Assembly (NCBI GenBank): GCA_030390025.1
Contig: CM059432.1
Span: 93,374,001-93,438,000, forward strand
Source: Squalus acanthias
Lineage: Eukaryota
DNA length: 64,000 bases
Reading direction: 5' to 3'
Part shown: piece by piece, positions 23,593 through 37,357 of the stretch
How positions within the stretch are numbered: the first letter of the stretch is position 1
Layout of the letters: each line of letters begins with the position of its first letter
Notes under the pieces: generated by a model
Seen by the model: the letters and a program-made list of their open reading frames with translations, nothing else
Database searches by the model: none
What the model was told of the DNA's origin: nothing
Position numbers and translations under genes: made by a program

Positions 23593-25970
23593 ATCTCTTA
23601 GCAAGCAAAGTTATGAAGGCCAGAAACCAAAGTACCAGCGAAGTTAGGATGAGTAGCCAAAACTACCTCACACAGCGTTGACTCAATGCAGAAGTCTCTC
23701 TTTCTCTCTCTCCGAATCTCTCTCTCTCTCTCAGAACGAGTGGTGCAAAAATGTCCACCACAGAGAAAGACAGGAAGAGGCCCCCTTTAAATAGCGCCCC
23801 CCCCAGCCCCACAGCGATTGATAGCGTTCCACTCTACCGATCGTTGGATGCGCCAGGCGGTAAGGATGGGGGCGCCACTGAAATTCTGCTCCGGGGCGCC
23901 ACAAGGGCATTGCACTCTCGTATGACGTCACAATCTGCGCGCGCAGGAGATCGCGGCGATAAAGTTTAGCGCCGCCGCAAAATGTCTAGTTAAGTTCGCG
24001 AGCGGTGCAAACATTGCTGTGCCCAGGCGCTAGCTGCTTTGCGCCCCATTAGCGCCCTCTTAAGGCGCTAACGGGAGGCGCAACCAACTGAATTTTTCCC
24101 CCTAAAAGCATCCCAATAATGGATAATCAAGGGGCTATTGGGGTGGGGGGGGGGGGGAACTTAAAACAATCACTATCACTAGAGAGAAAGTACTAGGCAA
24201 ACTAATGGGACTAAAGGTGGACAAGTCCCCTGGACCCGATGGCCTGCATCCTAGAGTCTTAAAAGAGGTGGCTGCAGAGATAGTGGATGCATTGGTTGTA
24301 ATCTACCAAAATTCCCTGGATTCTGGAGAGGTCCCAGCGGACTGGAAAACCGCAAATGTAACGGCCCTGTTTAAGAAAGGAGGGAGACAGAAAGCAGGCA
24401 ACTATCGACCAGTTAGCCTAACATCTGTCATTGGGAAAATGCTGGAGTCCATCATGAAGGAAGTGGTAGCAGGACATTTAGAAAATCATAATAGTCAAGC
24501 AGAGTCAGCATGGTTTTATGAAAGGGAAATCATATTTGACAAATTTGCTGGAATTCTTTGAGGATGTAATGAGCAGGGTGGATAAAGGGGAACCAGTAGA
24601 TGTCGTGTATTTGGATTTCCAGAAGGCATTCGATAAGGTGCCACATAAAAGGTTACTACACAAGATAAGAGCTCACGGGGTTGGGGGTAATATATTAGCA
24701 TGGATAGAGGATTGGCTAACTAACAGAAAACAGAGAGTTGGGATAAATGGGTCAATTTCAGGTTGGCAAATTGTAACTAGTGGGGGGCTGCAGGGATCAG
24801 TGCTAGGGCCTCAACTATTTACAATCTATATTAATGACTTGGATGAAGGGACTGAGTGTAATATAACCAAATTTGCTGATGATACAAAGATAGGTGGGAA
24901 GGCAAATTGTGTGGAGGACGCAAAGAATCTCCAAAGGGATATAGATAGGCTAAGTGAGTGGGCAAAATTCTGGCAGATGGAGTTTAATGTGGGAAAATGC
25001 CAGGATATCCACTTTGGTAGGAAAAATAAAAAAGCAAATTATTATTTAAATGGGGAGAGATTACAAATGCTGAAGTACAGAGGGATCCTTGCACATGAAT
25101 CACAAAATGTTAGCATGCAGGTACAACAAGTAATTAGGAAGGCAAATGGAATGTTGGCCTTTAATGCAAAGGGAATGGAGTATAAAAGTAGGGAAGTCCT
25201 ATTACAACTGTACAGGGCGTTGGTGAGACCACACCTAGAGTACTGCATACAGTTTTGGTCTCCTTATTTAAGGAAGGATATACTTGCATTGGAGGCAGTT
25301 CAGAGAAGGTTCACTAGGTTGATTCCGGAGATGAAGGGGTTGTCTTATGAAGAAAGGTTGAGCAGTTTGGGCCTATACTCATTGAAGTTTAGAAGAATGA
25401 GAGGGGATCTTATTGAAACATATAAGATTCTGAAGGGGCTTGACACAGTAGATGCAGAGAGGATGTTAATAATTCCCTCGTGGGGGAATCTAGAACTAGG
25501 GGACATAATTTCAGAATAAGGGGGCACCCTTTTAAATCAGAAATGAGGAGGAATTTCTTCTCTGAGGGTCGTGAATCTCTGGAATTCTCTTCCTCAGGGA
25601 GCTGTGGAAGCTGGGTCATTGAATATATTCAAGGTGGAGATAGACGGATTTTTCAAAGGTAAGGGAGTCAAGGGTTATGGGGAGCGGGCAGGGAAGTAGA
25701 GCTGAGGCCAAGATCAGATCAGCCTACATCTTATGATCTTGGTATAGCAAGAGTTGGACTAATTCTCAAATGCCACAATATAACATTGGCAGAGTTATGC
25801 CATTTTTCAGTAGGAGGAATAACTTGGCGATGCACACAAAGTAAGTTAGGGTGATGGCAAATATGACTCCCAGGAATTTTTATTCCAGAGAGATCATCTT
25901 GACATGAATTAAAAGCAAACTTCACAGGGCTATAATATTAAAACAGAAACAAATCACATTAAAATACAAC

Positions 25971-26410
25971 GGGGGAAAAATTTGGTTGATTTGCGCCCTA
26001 AGAGGGCTAATGGGGCACAAAGCAACTAGCGCCTGGGCGCGGCGCGACTAACGCCGCCCGCAAAATTTAGTGGGAGGTTAGCGGCGGTGGTAAGTGTTAG
26101 CGCCCCGCGCGGCCGGCAATGACGTCATCGCCATGCGCAGCACCCTGGCCTCGATCTTCGGTAGCGCCCCGGCCGCGATCTTCGGTAGCGCCCCCTGACT
26201 TACCACCGGACGCTATGTCCGACGGGGTCAGGGGGGCGTACCTACGGCCAGGGCGGCGCAAATTAAAGGGAAGGTGCCGGGTGGCCATTTTCATTGCTGG
26301 CCGCCTGCCAGCATCTACCCGCTTTGCCGTCCCCGGCCTTCTGTGAAGCCCCCCCACCCCCCGCAGAGTATCGGCTGCGCTCCGTGAGCCCGGCACTTCT
26401 CTTTTGCCAG
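25971..26410. mobile_element. Truncated Harbinger-type MITE related to 63374-63953
   Basis: Starts GGGGGAAAAATTTGGTTGATTTGCG with TTAGCGCC-type subterminal motifs. No second terminus found. Confidence 0.7.
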
Positions 26411-26974
26411 CATTCCGATCCCTGGTATGAACAAACTAGTAATGCCGAAATAGAATTTAATGCATTAGAGCTTGTTGTTCATTTTGTAAGTGACATCTAC
26501 TATGACAGCACTGGCTTAAATCTGGGGTAACGACAATAATTTTTCTAAAGTTATTCTGAAACATTGGTTAAGGGAGGAGAGGGGAGAGGAGTTACTAACT
26601 GAGAATTGATTCTTAAATATTCCAGAAATATTAAAAGATGTTAAGATTTTTAACAATAGTACTGTTCTTTTTAACATTTAAATCTTAGGTTTCCTGAATC
26701 CTCATAAGTGTAAAACTCTTGGAAAATATATTCATTTTGCAATTTATCTAATCAATTCTCTAATTCATCTGGTGCTTCTTTCCTTCACCCATATCTCTGG
26801 TTCTGTTAGACTAAGAGCCCATCACATCTGTTATTGTGACTGTTTCCAATTCACAAGCTCACTGCTATTTGAGGAGTGGGCCCTGCAGATATAGGGTTGG
26901 GATTATAGGAGGAGGCAAGGAATGGGGAAGCAGGAGACATGGCCCATTCCACAAAATCTGTACCCTCACCACTA

Positions 26975-27356
26975 CATAAGAACATAAGAAATAGGAGCAG
27001 GAGTAGGCCATTCGGCCCTTCGAGCCCATTCAATGAGATCATGGCTGATCTTCTGCCTCAACTCCATTCACCGGCCCTATCACCATATCCCTTCATGCCC
27101 TTACTAGTCAGATATCTATCGACTTCTGTTTTGAATATACCCAATGACTGAGCCTCCACAGCCCTCTGGAGTAGAGAATTCCAAAGATTCACCACCCTCT
27201 GTGTGAAGAAATTTCTTCTCATCTCAGTCATGAATGGCCTACCCTTTATCCCGAGGCTGTGGCCCCTGGTTCTAGACTCCCCAGCCAAGGGAAACATTCT
27301 CCCAGCATTCACCCTATCAAGCCCTGTAATAATTTTGTATGCTTCAATGAGATCCA
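26975..27356 (-). mobile_element. CR1 3' fragment
   Basis: ORF 27058-27357 (DLIEAYKII...GMKGYG) plus CR1 3' UTR and tail. Confidence 0.9.
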
Positions 27357-28048
27357 TCTCCTTCGCTTGTCATTGTCTCAGGCTGAACCAGACTGAACAT
27401 CCTCAGTATACTGTTAAACTTTGAATTAAGCTTCCAATTCTATATCCTCTCTATGACAAAGCTCGCTGCCAACTCTGTAAAATTGGCCACCTCTGCTACT
27501 ACCCCAGCCCATCAGCTACTGAATCCCTCATACCTATCTTTGTTACCTCCAGTCTCAGTTACTCCAATTCTCTCCTGACCAGCCGCTACAGAGTGTAACA
27601 AATGACATTTATTTTAACATTTTGAATTTAACTTAGAATTTTAAAAACTGTAAAATAAACGGTAGTTAACAGAAACTGCCTGCCAGTGGCAGTTAACTGT
27701 CAATCAGCTGTAAGTGTTACTCTGAATAGGCGCTAATTACTGTGAGCAGGAAACTGAGTCAACACTTGCAACTTGGGTGTGGCTCAAAGGTGTATACAAG
27801 TAAACAGTATCTGCTGACACACTGAGTGTCTTAAATGGAGTGCACTTACACAGAGTGTGAAAGTTGGGAATTTGGAGAGAGTGGGAAGGAGGTGCTGCTT
27901 TTGCCTCAAATACTTGTAGTGGTTTGTGTTACAGGTAAATATTTAATTTAATCTACCTATAACTTAAACTAGATCTCATAATTAGTTAAAAGGTTATATA
28001 GGGATGGCAGCGCAGGTGGTGTGCCACAACTGCAGCATGAGAGATATT

Positions 28049-28811
28049 GGCCCAGAAATTAAACAGTGAGGGTTCCCGCGGGGGTAAGGAATCCCCGCGA
28101 TATCGCACTCCGCGCCTACCTTTTTGCTCCGGGCCCACACGAACTTTAGTTTGAAAGGCTCTCTCTCTTGGAACCGTGCAGTGCTTGCGTGACCCAGAGA
28201 CGCAATTAGTTCGTGCGAGCTCTGGGACCACGTGATTCAGTTAGAGCCAATGGCAGCACACCATCTTTCATTCATAGTTTTGACAGGAAGACCTGTCAAA
28301 GCTATGAATACTACACCCCCCCAAAAGAACAGCTAAACCTCAATTAAATTTTAAAAAAAGCCATCACATTAATAAAATAAGTATAGTTAAATAAATTAAC
28401 CACTTTAAACAAAAAATTTAATTTTTGAAAAAATTTAAAATCTTTTTAAAAGTTATAAAAATAAACTTACCTTTCTTTAAAGTCTCTAAAAAAGATAAAC
28501 CTGTTGAGAAAAATTTAAAATAACACTTAATTAACTACTTACCTTGTTAAAAGGGGGTCCTACGCCTGCTTTCTTTATGTGTAAAATCTTCACCACTTAC
28601 CTGCGCGTTCAAAGCTGAAAAAATAACTAAGTGCACTGCGTGCGCACAGCCTGTAGCGCGCACGCGGTTCACTTAGGAACCGCCCCCTTTCAATTCACGA
28701 AGTGCCGGTCTCCCGCGCATGCGCAGTGCATGCAGGAAACCGGCAATTCGGGATCTAATACGCGAGAGTACACAGTGCGTACTCTCGCGTATTAGGTTTA
28801 ATTTTCGGGCC
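28049..28811 (+). mobile_element. Harbinger-type MITE, hairpin family copy 2
   Basis: TIR GGCCCAGAAATTAAAC/GGCCCGAAAATTAAAC and ATT TSD on both sides. Confidence 0.9.
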
Positions 28812-31800
28812 ATTGTGGAGAGCATCGCGATCCTGGACGACCACGTTTGCAGTAAGTGTCTGCATCTCGAGGAACTTCAGCTCAGAGTTGTTGAGCTGGA
28901 GTCTGAGGTGCAGACATTGTGGGGCATCAGGGAACGGAGAGTTTTCTGGACACTTTGATCCAGGAGGCAGTCACACCCCTTAGGTTAGGTAGTGGTACAG
29001 GTCTGGTTAGTGGTCAGGGACAGGAGGGTGTGACTGCAACTCAGGTAGGTAAGGGGACCCCAGGTGCTGTGCTGGAGGAGCCTCAGCCTTTGCCCTTATC
29101 CAACAGGTACAAGGTTTGTGCTGCCTGTTTGGATGAGGGCAAAGTCTGCAGGGTGGATGAGCAAACTGACCAAGGCACCATGGTACAGGATACCATTCAA
29201 ATGGAGAGAGTGAAAAGGAATGTTGTAGTGGTAGGGGACAGTATAGTCAGGGGGGATAGATACTGTTCTCTGCAGCTGCGACCGAGAGTTCCAAAGGCTG
29301 TGTTGCCTGCCTGGTGCCAGGGTTAAGGATATATCCTCATGACTGGAGAAGAATTTGGAGTGGGAGGGGGAGGATCCAGTTGTCGTGGTCCATATAGGAA
29401 CTAACGACATATTTAGAACTAGGAATGAGATTATGCTAAAAGAGTTTGAAAAGCTAGGGTCCAAATTAAAATGCAAAATCTCAAAGGTAATAATCTCAGG
29501 ATTGTTACCTGAGCCACATGCAAATTGGCATAGGGACAAGCAGGTCAGGGAGTTAAATGCATCTCACAAAGAGTGGTGTGGGAGGAAGCGGGTACTGACA
29601 CCAGTACGAGCTGTTCCATTGGGACGGGCTTCACTTAAACTGGACTGGGACCAGTGTCCTGGAGAATTGAATAACTGGGGCTGTAGATGGGGCTTTAAGC
29701 TTAAAAGTGGGGTGGGGGCAGGGGTCAGATGAGGGGAAATTTAGAAATGTAAAGAGAAAAGTCAAGGCAATGGAGCAGTGTAGTGATTTAGGTAATGGTA
29801 AGAGTGTTACAGGAAGGGACAGAGTTTAATGGTAATAGTGCATCAGCGAATAAGGTGAAAGCAGGGAATAATGTTAAAATGTTAAAATGAAAGGCTCTTT
29901 ATCTGAATGCATGAAGCATTCATAACAAGGTAAATTAATTAGTGATACAAATAGAGATAAATGGGTTTGATCGAAGAGCCATTACAGAGACGTGGCTGCA
30001 AGGTGACAAAGATTGGGAACTAAATATTCCAGGGTACTTGACGTTTAGAAAAGACAGGCAGAATGGAAAAGGAGGGGGGGCGGTAGCACTGATAATAAAG
30101 AATGATATAAGGCCAGTAGTAAGAAAGGATCTTAGCTGGGAAGATCAGGAAGTAGAATCAGTACGGGTGGAGATAAGAAATAACAAGAGGCAGAAAACAC
30201 TGGTGGGAGTAGTTTATAGGTCCCCTAACAGTAGCTATACCGTTGGACAGAGTATTAATCAAGAAATAATAGGAGCTTGTAACAAAGGTAATGCAATAAT
30301 CATGGGGGATTTTAATCTTCATCTAGACTGGGCAAATCAAATTGGCAAAGGTAGTCTGGAGGACAAATTCACAGAATGCATTCGAGACAGTTTCCTAGAA
30401 CAGTACAATGGAACCAACCAGGGATCAGGCTATTTTAGATCTTGTATTGTGTAATGAAACAGGGGTAATTAGTAATCTTATAATAAAGGATCCTCTGGGG
30501 AAGAGTGATCAGAATATGATCGAATTTCACATTGAGTTTCAGAGTGATATACTTAAATCTGAAACTAGAGTCTTAAACTTAAAATAAAGCGAAACACATA
30601 GGTTTGAGAGGCGAGCTGGCTAAGGTACATTAGGAAATTAGATTAAAAGGTATGACGGTAGATAAGCAGTGGCAAACATTTTAAGAAATAATCCAAAATT
30701 CTCAACAAATATACATTCCATTGAGAAATAAAAACTCCATGGGAAAAGTGATCCATCCATGGGCTAACTAAAGAAGGGAGCGGCAGTTGGAGTGGGGCAG
30801 CGTCGGGCAGATGGCGGTGGGGGCGCGCGGGACTGGAAACGGAACCGGGACGCAGCGCGAGGCCGGTTCACTGGTGTTGACGAGTGCTGAGCGGGCAGCG
30901 CGCACTCTGTGCAGCCGGTGGGTTCGGGCGCCTGTTCTCCCGGGGCCCTGTTAGGCAGTTGGTGGTGGTGGTGGGGTGGGAAAGAGAAAGAGAGAGAGAG
31001 GTTTGTTAGTGTGTGTGCATTTTAATTCAATTTAATTTAATTTTAGCGTATGCATTTCATAAAAAGCTGCATTTAATATAACTTTAGTGCACGCATCTCT
31101 GCCAAAAGTTGCATTTTAATATCATTTTAATATATTGTAATGGGGGAAGGGGAGCCGAGAATGTGGGGGTGTGAGGGAGAGCGGACCCAATGGAGGGAGA
31201 GAGGGGTTAATGGGAGTGAGTGTGTGTGCTAAGCCTATGCAGCAGAACCTGGTCTCCAATTGTCCTGGGTTTCCTTGCCATTGGACCAAGACCTTGCTCT
31301 GTCAAGTTCGTGTGGTAGCTGGTGTGCAACGGCCACCTCACGTTAAAAGAATTCACGCACAGGCATATTCCACCCTTTAAAATGAAGTTTGGGACCTGGA
31401 ACGTCAGGAAACTCATGGATAACCCCAACAGCGACAGACCTGAATGTTGTACTGCTATCATATCCCGGGAACTCAGACGCTGCGACATCAACATCGCCCT
31501 GAGCAAGACACGGTGGGCAGGAGAAGGCCAGCTCAAGGAACAAGGTGGCAGATGCACCTTCTTCTGGAAAGGCAAACCGGAAGAGGAACGCCGTCTCTAT
31601 GGGGTTGGCTTTGCCATCAAAAATGAGCTAGCTTGGCATCTTAGAGATTCCCCTTGTGGGATAAACGAACGCCTCATGATCCTTCGGCTCACTAACCCGG
31701 AATCAGTTTGCTACAGTTGTCAGTATGTACGCCCCAACCCTGGAAGCTACGGACGAGGCCAAAGAGGAATTCTACTCCAGCCTTCAGCAATCCCTGTCCC

Positions 31801-32837
31801 GAGTTCGAATGGGTGACAAGCTGATTCTCCTTGGCGATTTTAATGCCAGAGTTGGAAAGGACACAAACCTCTGGAGAGGTGTGATTGGCAGGGAAGGAGT
31901 AGGGAAAACCAACTCCAACGGAATCCTTCTCCTGACGAAATGCTTAGAACATGGTCTTGTCATAACCAACACCTTGTTTCGTCAGAGAGATAAGTACAAG
32001 GCCTCATGGCAACACCCTCGCTCCAGGCATTGGCATCTGTTGGACTACGTCATCACCGAGCGAGGGACCGCAAGGATGTTCGCATCACCCGCGCCATGAG
32101 CTGATGACTGCTGGACTGACCACCGCCTAATCCATTCCGTTATCTCCATCAGCCTAGTCTCAAAATGGCGACGGCAGCAGAAACGCTGCCACAGAAAAAT
32201 CAACGTTGAAAGACTCAAAGACCCTGCAGAGAAAGCTCCATTCAGTTAATGCCTCACAGCTAACCTGACGACTCCCAATGAACCGGAGCCGCAGAGTCTC
32301 CATAGTGCCTGGTCTGCCCTTAAGTCTACCATAATTAGCACCTGCAAAGAGACTCTTGGTTACTCGATCAGAAAATATCAAGACTGGTTTGATGAGAACG
32401 ACCAGGAGACCCAGGAGCTGATGAGAACGACCAGGAGACCCAGGAGCTAATAAATCGGAAACGTAAGGCGTTCTTGAATTGGAAACATCATCACAACTTG
32501 AGGGAAAGACGACAGATTTACAGACAACTAAAGGCCGAGGTCCAACAAAAAACTCGTGACCTAAAGAATAGATGGTGGGTGGAAAGAGCGCAGGAGATCT
32601 AGCAACTAGCCGACAACCATGACGTGCGTGTATTCTTTAACACAGTCAGGACCATCTACGGCCCAAGCACCCAAGGACCTTTCCCGCTGAGAGCTAAGAT
32701 CAGTGAGGTGCTCATCAAAGACAGAGGCAGTCAGTGCCCGCTGGAAGGAGCACTTCGAAGATCTCCTCAATCAAGACTCCGTCTTCGACGTGAGTGTCCT
32801 TGACTCCATCCCACAGCGTGCTGTCCGCCACTATCTC

Positions 32838-34013
32838 ATAGAAACATAGAAGATAGGAGCAGGAGTAGGCCATTCGGCCCCTCGAGCCTGCTCCGCCATT
32901 CAATGCGATCATGGCTGATCATCCAAATTCAGTACCCTGTCCCTGCTTTCTCCCCATATCCCTTGATCCCCTTAGCCTTAAGAAATATATCTAACTCCTT
33001 CTTGAATATATTTAATGAATTGGACTCAACTGTCTTCTGTGGTAGAGAATTCCACAGGTTCACCAATCTCTGGGTGAAGAAATTCCTCCTCATCTCAGTC
33101 CTAAATGGCTTACCCCTTATCTTTAGACTGTGAGCCCTGGTTCTGGACTCCCCCGCCATCGGGAACATCCTTCCTGCATCTAGTCTGTCTAGTCCTGTTA
33201 GAATTTTATAAGTTTCAATGAGATCCCCTCTCATTCTTCTAAACTCTAGCGAATACAAGCCAAATCGACCCAATCTCTCTTCATACGTCATTCCTGCCAG
33301 CCCAGGTATCAGTCTGGTGAATCTTTGCTGCACTCCCTCCATGGCAAGAACATCCTTCCTCAGATAAGGCGACCAAAACTGCACACAATACTCAAGGTGT
33401 GGTCTCACCAAGGCCCTGTACAACTGCAGCAAGACATCCTTGCTCCCGTACTCTAATCCTCTCGCTATGAAGGCCAGCATACCATTTGCCTTCTTAACCG
33501 CCTGCTGTACCTGCATGATTACCTTCAGCGACTGGTGCACAAGGACACCCAGGTCTCGTTGCACTTCCTCTTTTCCCAATCTATTGCCATTCAGATAATC
33601 TACCTTCCTGTTTTTGCCACCAAAGTGGATAACCTCGCATTTATCCACATTATACTGCATCTGCCATGCATCTGCCCAATCACCCAACCTGTCCAAATCA
33701 TACTGGAGTTTCTCTGCATCCTCCTCACAGCACACATGCCCACCCAGCTTTGTGTCGTCTGCAAACTTGGAGATATTACATCTAGTTCCCTCGTCTAGAT
33801 CATTAATATATATTGTGAATAACTGGGGTCCTAGCACCGATCCCTGCGGTACCCCACTAGTCACTGCCTGCCACTCGGAAAAAGACCCGTTTATTCCCAC
33901 TCTTTGCTTCCTGTCTGCCAATCAGTTTTCTATCCAAGTCAGTACCTTACCCCCAATCCCATGTGCTTCAACTTTGCACGCTAATCTCTTATGTGGGACC
34001 TTATCGAAAGCCT
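32838..34013 (-). mobile_element. Young CR1 3' fragment, same subfamily as 1385-5688
   Basis: Open 330-aa RT C-terminus (32929-33921) very similar to 4602-5597. TSD TATCTC. Confidence 0.92.
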
Positions 34014-34186
34014 TATCTCGGCACAATCCCAGCCCGGCATGAGGTTGAAATGGCCATCCGACAGCTGAAAAACAACAAAGCTTCCGGAGCAGATGAAATC
34101 CCCGCCGAAGTACTAAAGCGTGGCAGAGAAGTACTCTTGGCGCAAATCCATGACATTATCTCCCTTATCTGGAAGGAGGAGAGCAT

Positions 34187-34862
34187 AAGAACATAAGAAA
34201 TAGGAGCAGGAGTAGGCCAATTGGCCCCTCGAGCCTGCTCCGCCATTCAATAAGATCATGGCTGATCTGATCCTAACCGCCAATCTACTATCACAGAACC
34301 ATCTCCTGAATCTAACAGAATTGGACACACGAAATAGGAGCATGATCAGGCTACACGGCCCCTGGGCCCGCTCCGCTACCCACAGGGCCATGACCGATCC
34401 GAACCTAGACTCATGTCCAAATTCCTGCCCGCTCCCCGTAACCCTTAATTCCCTTTACTTCTAGGAAACTGTCTATTTCTGTTTTAAATTTATGTAATGA
34501 TGTAGCTTCTACAGCTTTTTGGGGCAGCATATTCCATGGACCTACCACCCTCTGAGTGAAGTAGTTCCTTCTCATCTCAGTTTTGAAAGAGCAGCCCCTT
34601 ATTCTAAGACTATGCCCCCTAGTTCTAGTTTCACCCATCATTGGGAACATCCTCCCCGCATCCACCCGATCCAACCCCTTCACAATCTTATATGTTTCAA
34701 TAAGATCGCCTCTCATTCTTCTGAACTCCAATGAGTAGAGTCCCAATCTACCCAACCTCTCCTCATATGTCCATCCCCTCATCCCCGGGATTAACCGAGT
34801 GAACCTTCTTTGTACTGACTCGAGAGCAAGTATGTCTTTTCTTAAGTATGGACACCAAAACT
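34187..34862 (-). mobile_element. CR1 3' fragment with duplicated 3' UTR module
   Basis: Open RT C-terminal frame, TSD GCAT, near-identical to 18403-18712. Confidence 0.9.
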
Positions 34863-34888
34863 GCATGCCAGGGGATTTCAGAAACACC

Positions 34889-36716
34889 GGCCAGAATTTT
34901 GCCGGCGCTCAGAGGGTGGGTTTCGAGGTGGGTCCGCTATCAAAATAGCAAAGATTGACACCGGGTAGGAAACCCACCGTCATCCCACCTCCACGCAATT
35001 CTCCCAGGTGTCGGGTCTGTCAGTGGAGAACTGACCCGACACCAAGCAGTGGGGAAGACAATTGAGCTCATTAAATGGCTTGTTAACAGCCAATTTAATG
35101 CTATTTTGAGGCTACCTTGCAATTTTATGTCCTCCCCCATGGGTTACCTGCTGCTCGGGGAACACGCCAGCTCACCCTGGCGTGTTTTGAGTCTGCTCTG
35201 ATGTTTCTGATAAGTTGACAGCTGCAGAAGTGGTGTAAAGGATGCCATGTTGCAGATGGTCAGTTTCAGAGCGCAGAAAATGTTGGTTACTGCATTTGTA
35301 ATACAGATAGAGATTTCTTCAGCTTGCAAGTGTTTAGAGGCAACTGTATGTCCAGTGCCACCTCATTGGAACAACCTCTCTCACCATTGACAGATTGCTT
35401 CTGTCATCTCACCTGCAGCTGCCATCTATTCCAGCAACATCGGTGCCCTTGAAAAAAAAAATCAGACCTAGGTCCTCCGAATCCTTCCACGATCAGCCCA
35501 AACACCATCATCACCAGGCACACCAACAACATCACCAACCTTCTCTGCCATCACCTGATGCTGCACAGGACGCAGGGTATCAGCCCCTGACAACATTGCT
35601 GCCCGGGAGGCCAGCGATGGCATCACCATGGCCAGACTTACTTCACTTGACGCTGTAAACCCTGGCTTCCACATGATGCACCAGGTTAACACCATCCCAC
35701 ACCAGCACCATAAAGCACCCCTTTAATGTCCAAGCCATTCCATGCACACTCAGCACTATAGTTGGGGGGCGGGGAGGGGGGGGGGAGGAGAGTTATGTTT
35801 CAACATTCACTGGAACTCAGTAAGACACTTCTCAAGGTGTGCACAGATCTGTCCAATAAGGGATAGTGTTGAAAATATAGATTTCACTGTATGACAACAC
35901 ATTACCAGAAACTTCACATGAACATTGGCTAAACCTCTCAAGTACCTACCCTTGTGTGTTGTTAGTTGGTATTCTTGCAGTAGGATGAGGGTGGTATGCT
36001 TGCAGAAGGATGAGGGTAAGTGTGAGGGGTGGCTACTGAGATGGGGAAGTGATAATGTCGATAGAGGGGGTTGGGTGGAGGTGCAAGGTAAGTTGGTGTG
36101 AGTAAGGATGTACAGGAGAAGGGTATGGAAGGCAGAGTGATGGGGCTGTGTTGAGTGGCACAGCAGGGTGAGTTTGAGTGTGGCTTTGCAGTAACGTTTC
36201 GTGATCCACTGAGATCATTGAAAGGTTGGCGCCACTGCAGCCAGGGACCCCCGACGATATCCCTGCTTTTGCCCTCCTGTGCAATGTGCAAACAGGCTGC
36301 GTTGGTGTCCTGGGGAGGTGTCTTCCGCCCTTGGAAGGGAAGAGAACCTCCCTGTGTGCTGTGACTCCCTCCATAAGCATATGGAGGGAGTCATTGGAGA
36401 GCCTGGGCGCAAGCGTCCACCTTTGTGCAGTGCTCGTCAGTGGTTGTAGCACCTCAATGCTGTCAAACACTGACAGAACAACTGTCAAACTCAATGTGGT
36501 CCGTGGTCCCTTTAAGTAAACCGGCTGATGATGCGTCATCAAATGACGTCATTAGACCCGCTTCCTATTAATTGGCCAGGAACCCTGCAGGGCGGGCTTA
36601 ACAAGGCCAATCAATGGAAAATCCCTTTGACAGAGCGACTGCAGCTGGGAGCGGGATTGGAACCCGGAAACCAGCTCTCCCGCCACCATCCCGACACCGC
36701 TGAGAAAATGCAGCCC
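34889..36716. mobile_element. Degenerate non-autonomous Harbinger with Myb/SANT-like remnant
   Basis: Imperfect termini GGCCAGAATTTT/GGGCTGCATTTT. Minus-strand remnant APRLSNDSLHMLMEGVTAHREVLFP...WLQWRQPFNDL. Splits the RTE reading at MPGDFRN|..VTIFKKGD. Confidence 0.72.
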
Positions 36717-37357
36717 GTCGTATTCGTGACCATCTTCAAGAAAGGAGACAAGTCCGATTACAGATGTGTTTCCCTGTTGTCTGCCATAGGGAAAGTCATT
36801 ACAAGAATCCTCCTCAATTGTCTCCTCCCAGTGGCTGAAGAGCTCTTCCCAGAGTCACAATGCGGATTCCGCCCACTAAGAGGCACAATGGACATGATTT
36901 TCACTGTGTGACAAATCCAAGAAAAATGTATGGAGCAGCATCAACCTCTGTACACATGGCCTTTTTTGACCTCACAAAGGCCTTCGACTCTGTCAACCGA
37001 GAGGGATTATGGACTGTCCTTCTCAAGTTTGGCTGTCCTCAAAAATTCCTTCATCTGCTCCATGATGACATGCAAGCCGTGATCCTTACTAATGGATCCA
37101 TCAGATCCATCACAGACCCAATACAAGTGAAGACCGGGGTCAACCAAGGCTGTGTCATTGCACCAACGCTCTTCTCAATCTTTTTCGCTGCAGTACTTCA
37201 CCTCACCTCTAACAAGCTTCCCACCGGAGGGGAACTAATCTACAGGACGAACAGGAAATTGTTCAATCTCCGTTGCCTTCAGTCCAGAACCAAGATTGTC
37301 CCAACCTCTGTTATTGAATTACATTATCCAGATGATGCTTGTGTTTGCACACACTCA

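Larger units (their letters stand above)
19926..24102. mobile_element. Autonomous PIF/Harbinger DNA transposon (4177 bp)
   Basis: Perfect 16-bp TIR GGGGGAAAAATTCAGT, TAA TSD (19923-19925, 24103-24105), and convergent transposase and Myb/SANT-like genes. Confidence 0.96.
19580..25730 (+). mobile_element. 5'-truncated CR1 LINE hosting the autonomous Harbinger
   Basis: RT ORFs 24205-24561 and 24518-25519 are frameshifted. Removing the insert restores VEDTKSIP. Confidence 0.9.

Noticed and set aside
22513..23604. Domesticated host gene HARBI1
   Set aside because: The ORF lies within TIRs and a TSD, inside a CR1, next to the Myb partner, so it is a transposon gene. The track's start at 23604 is TTG and the first ATG is at 23592.
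30777..31380. HDV-like ribozyme in the RTE 5' UTR
   Set aside because: Known in some RTEs, but I could not fold a convincing nested double pseudoknot by eye.
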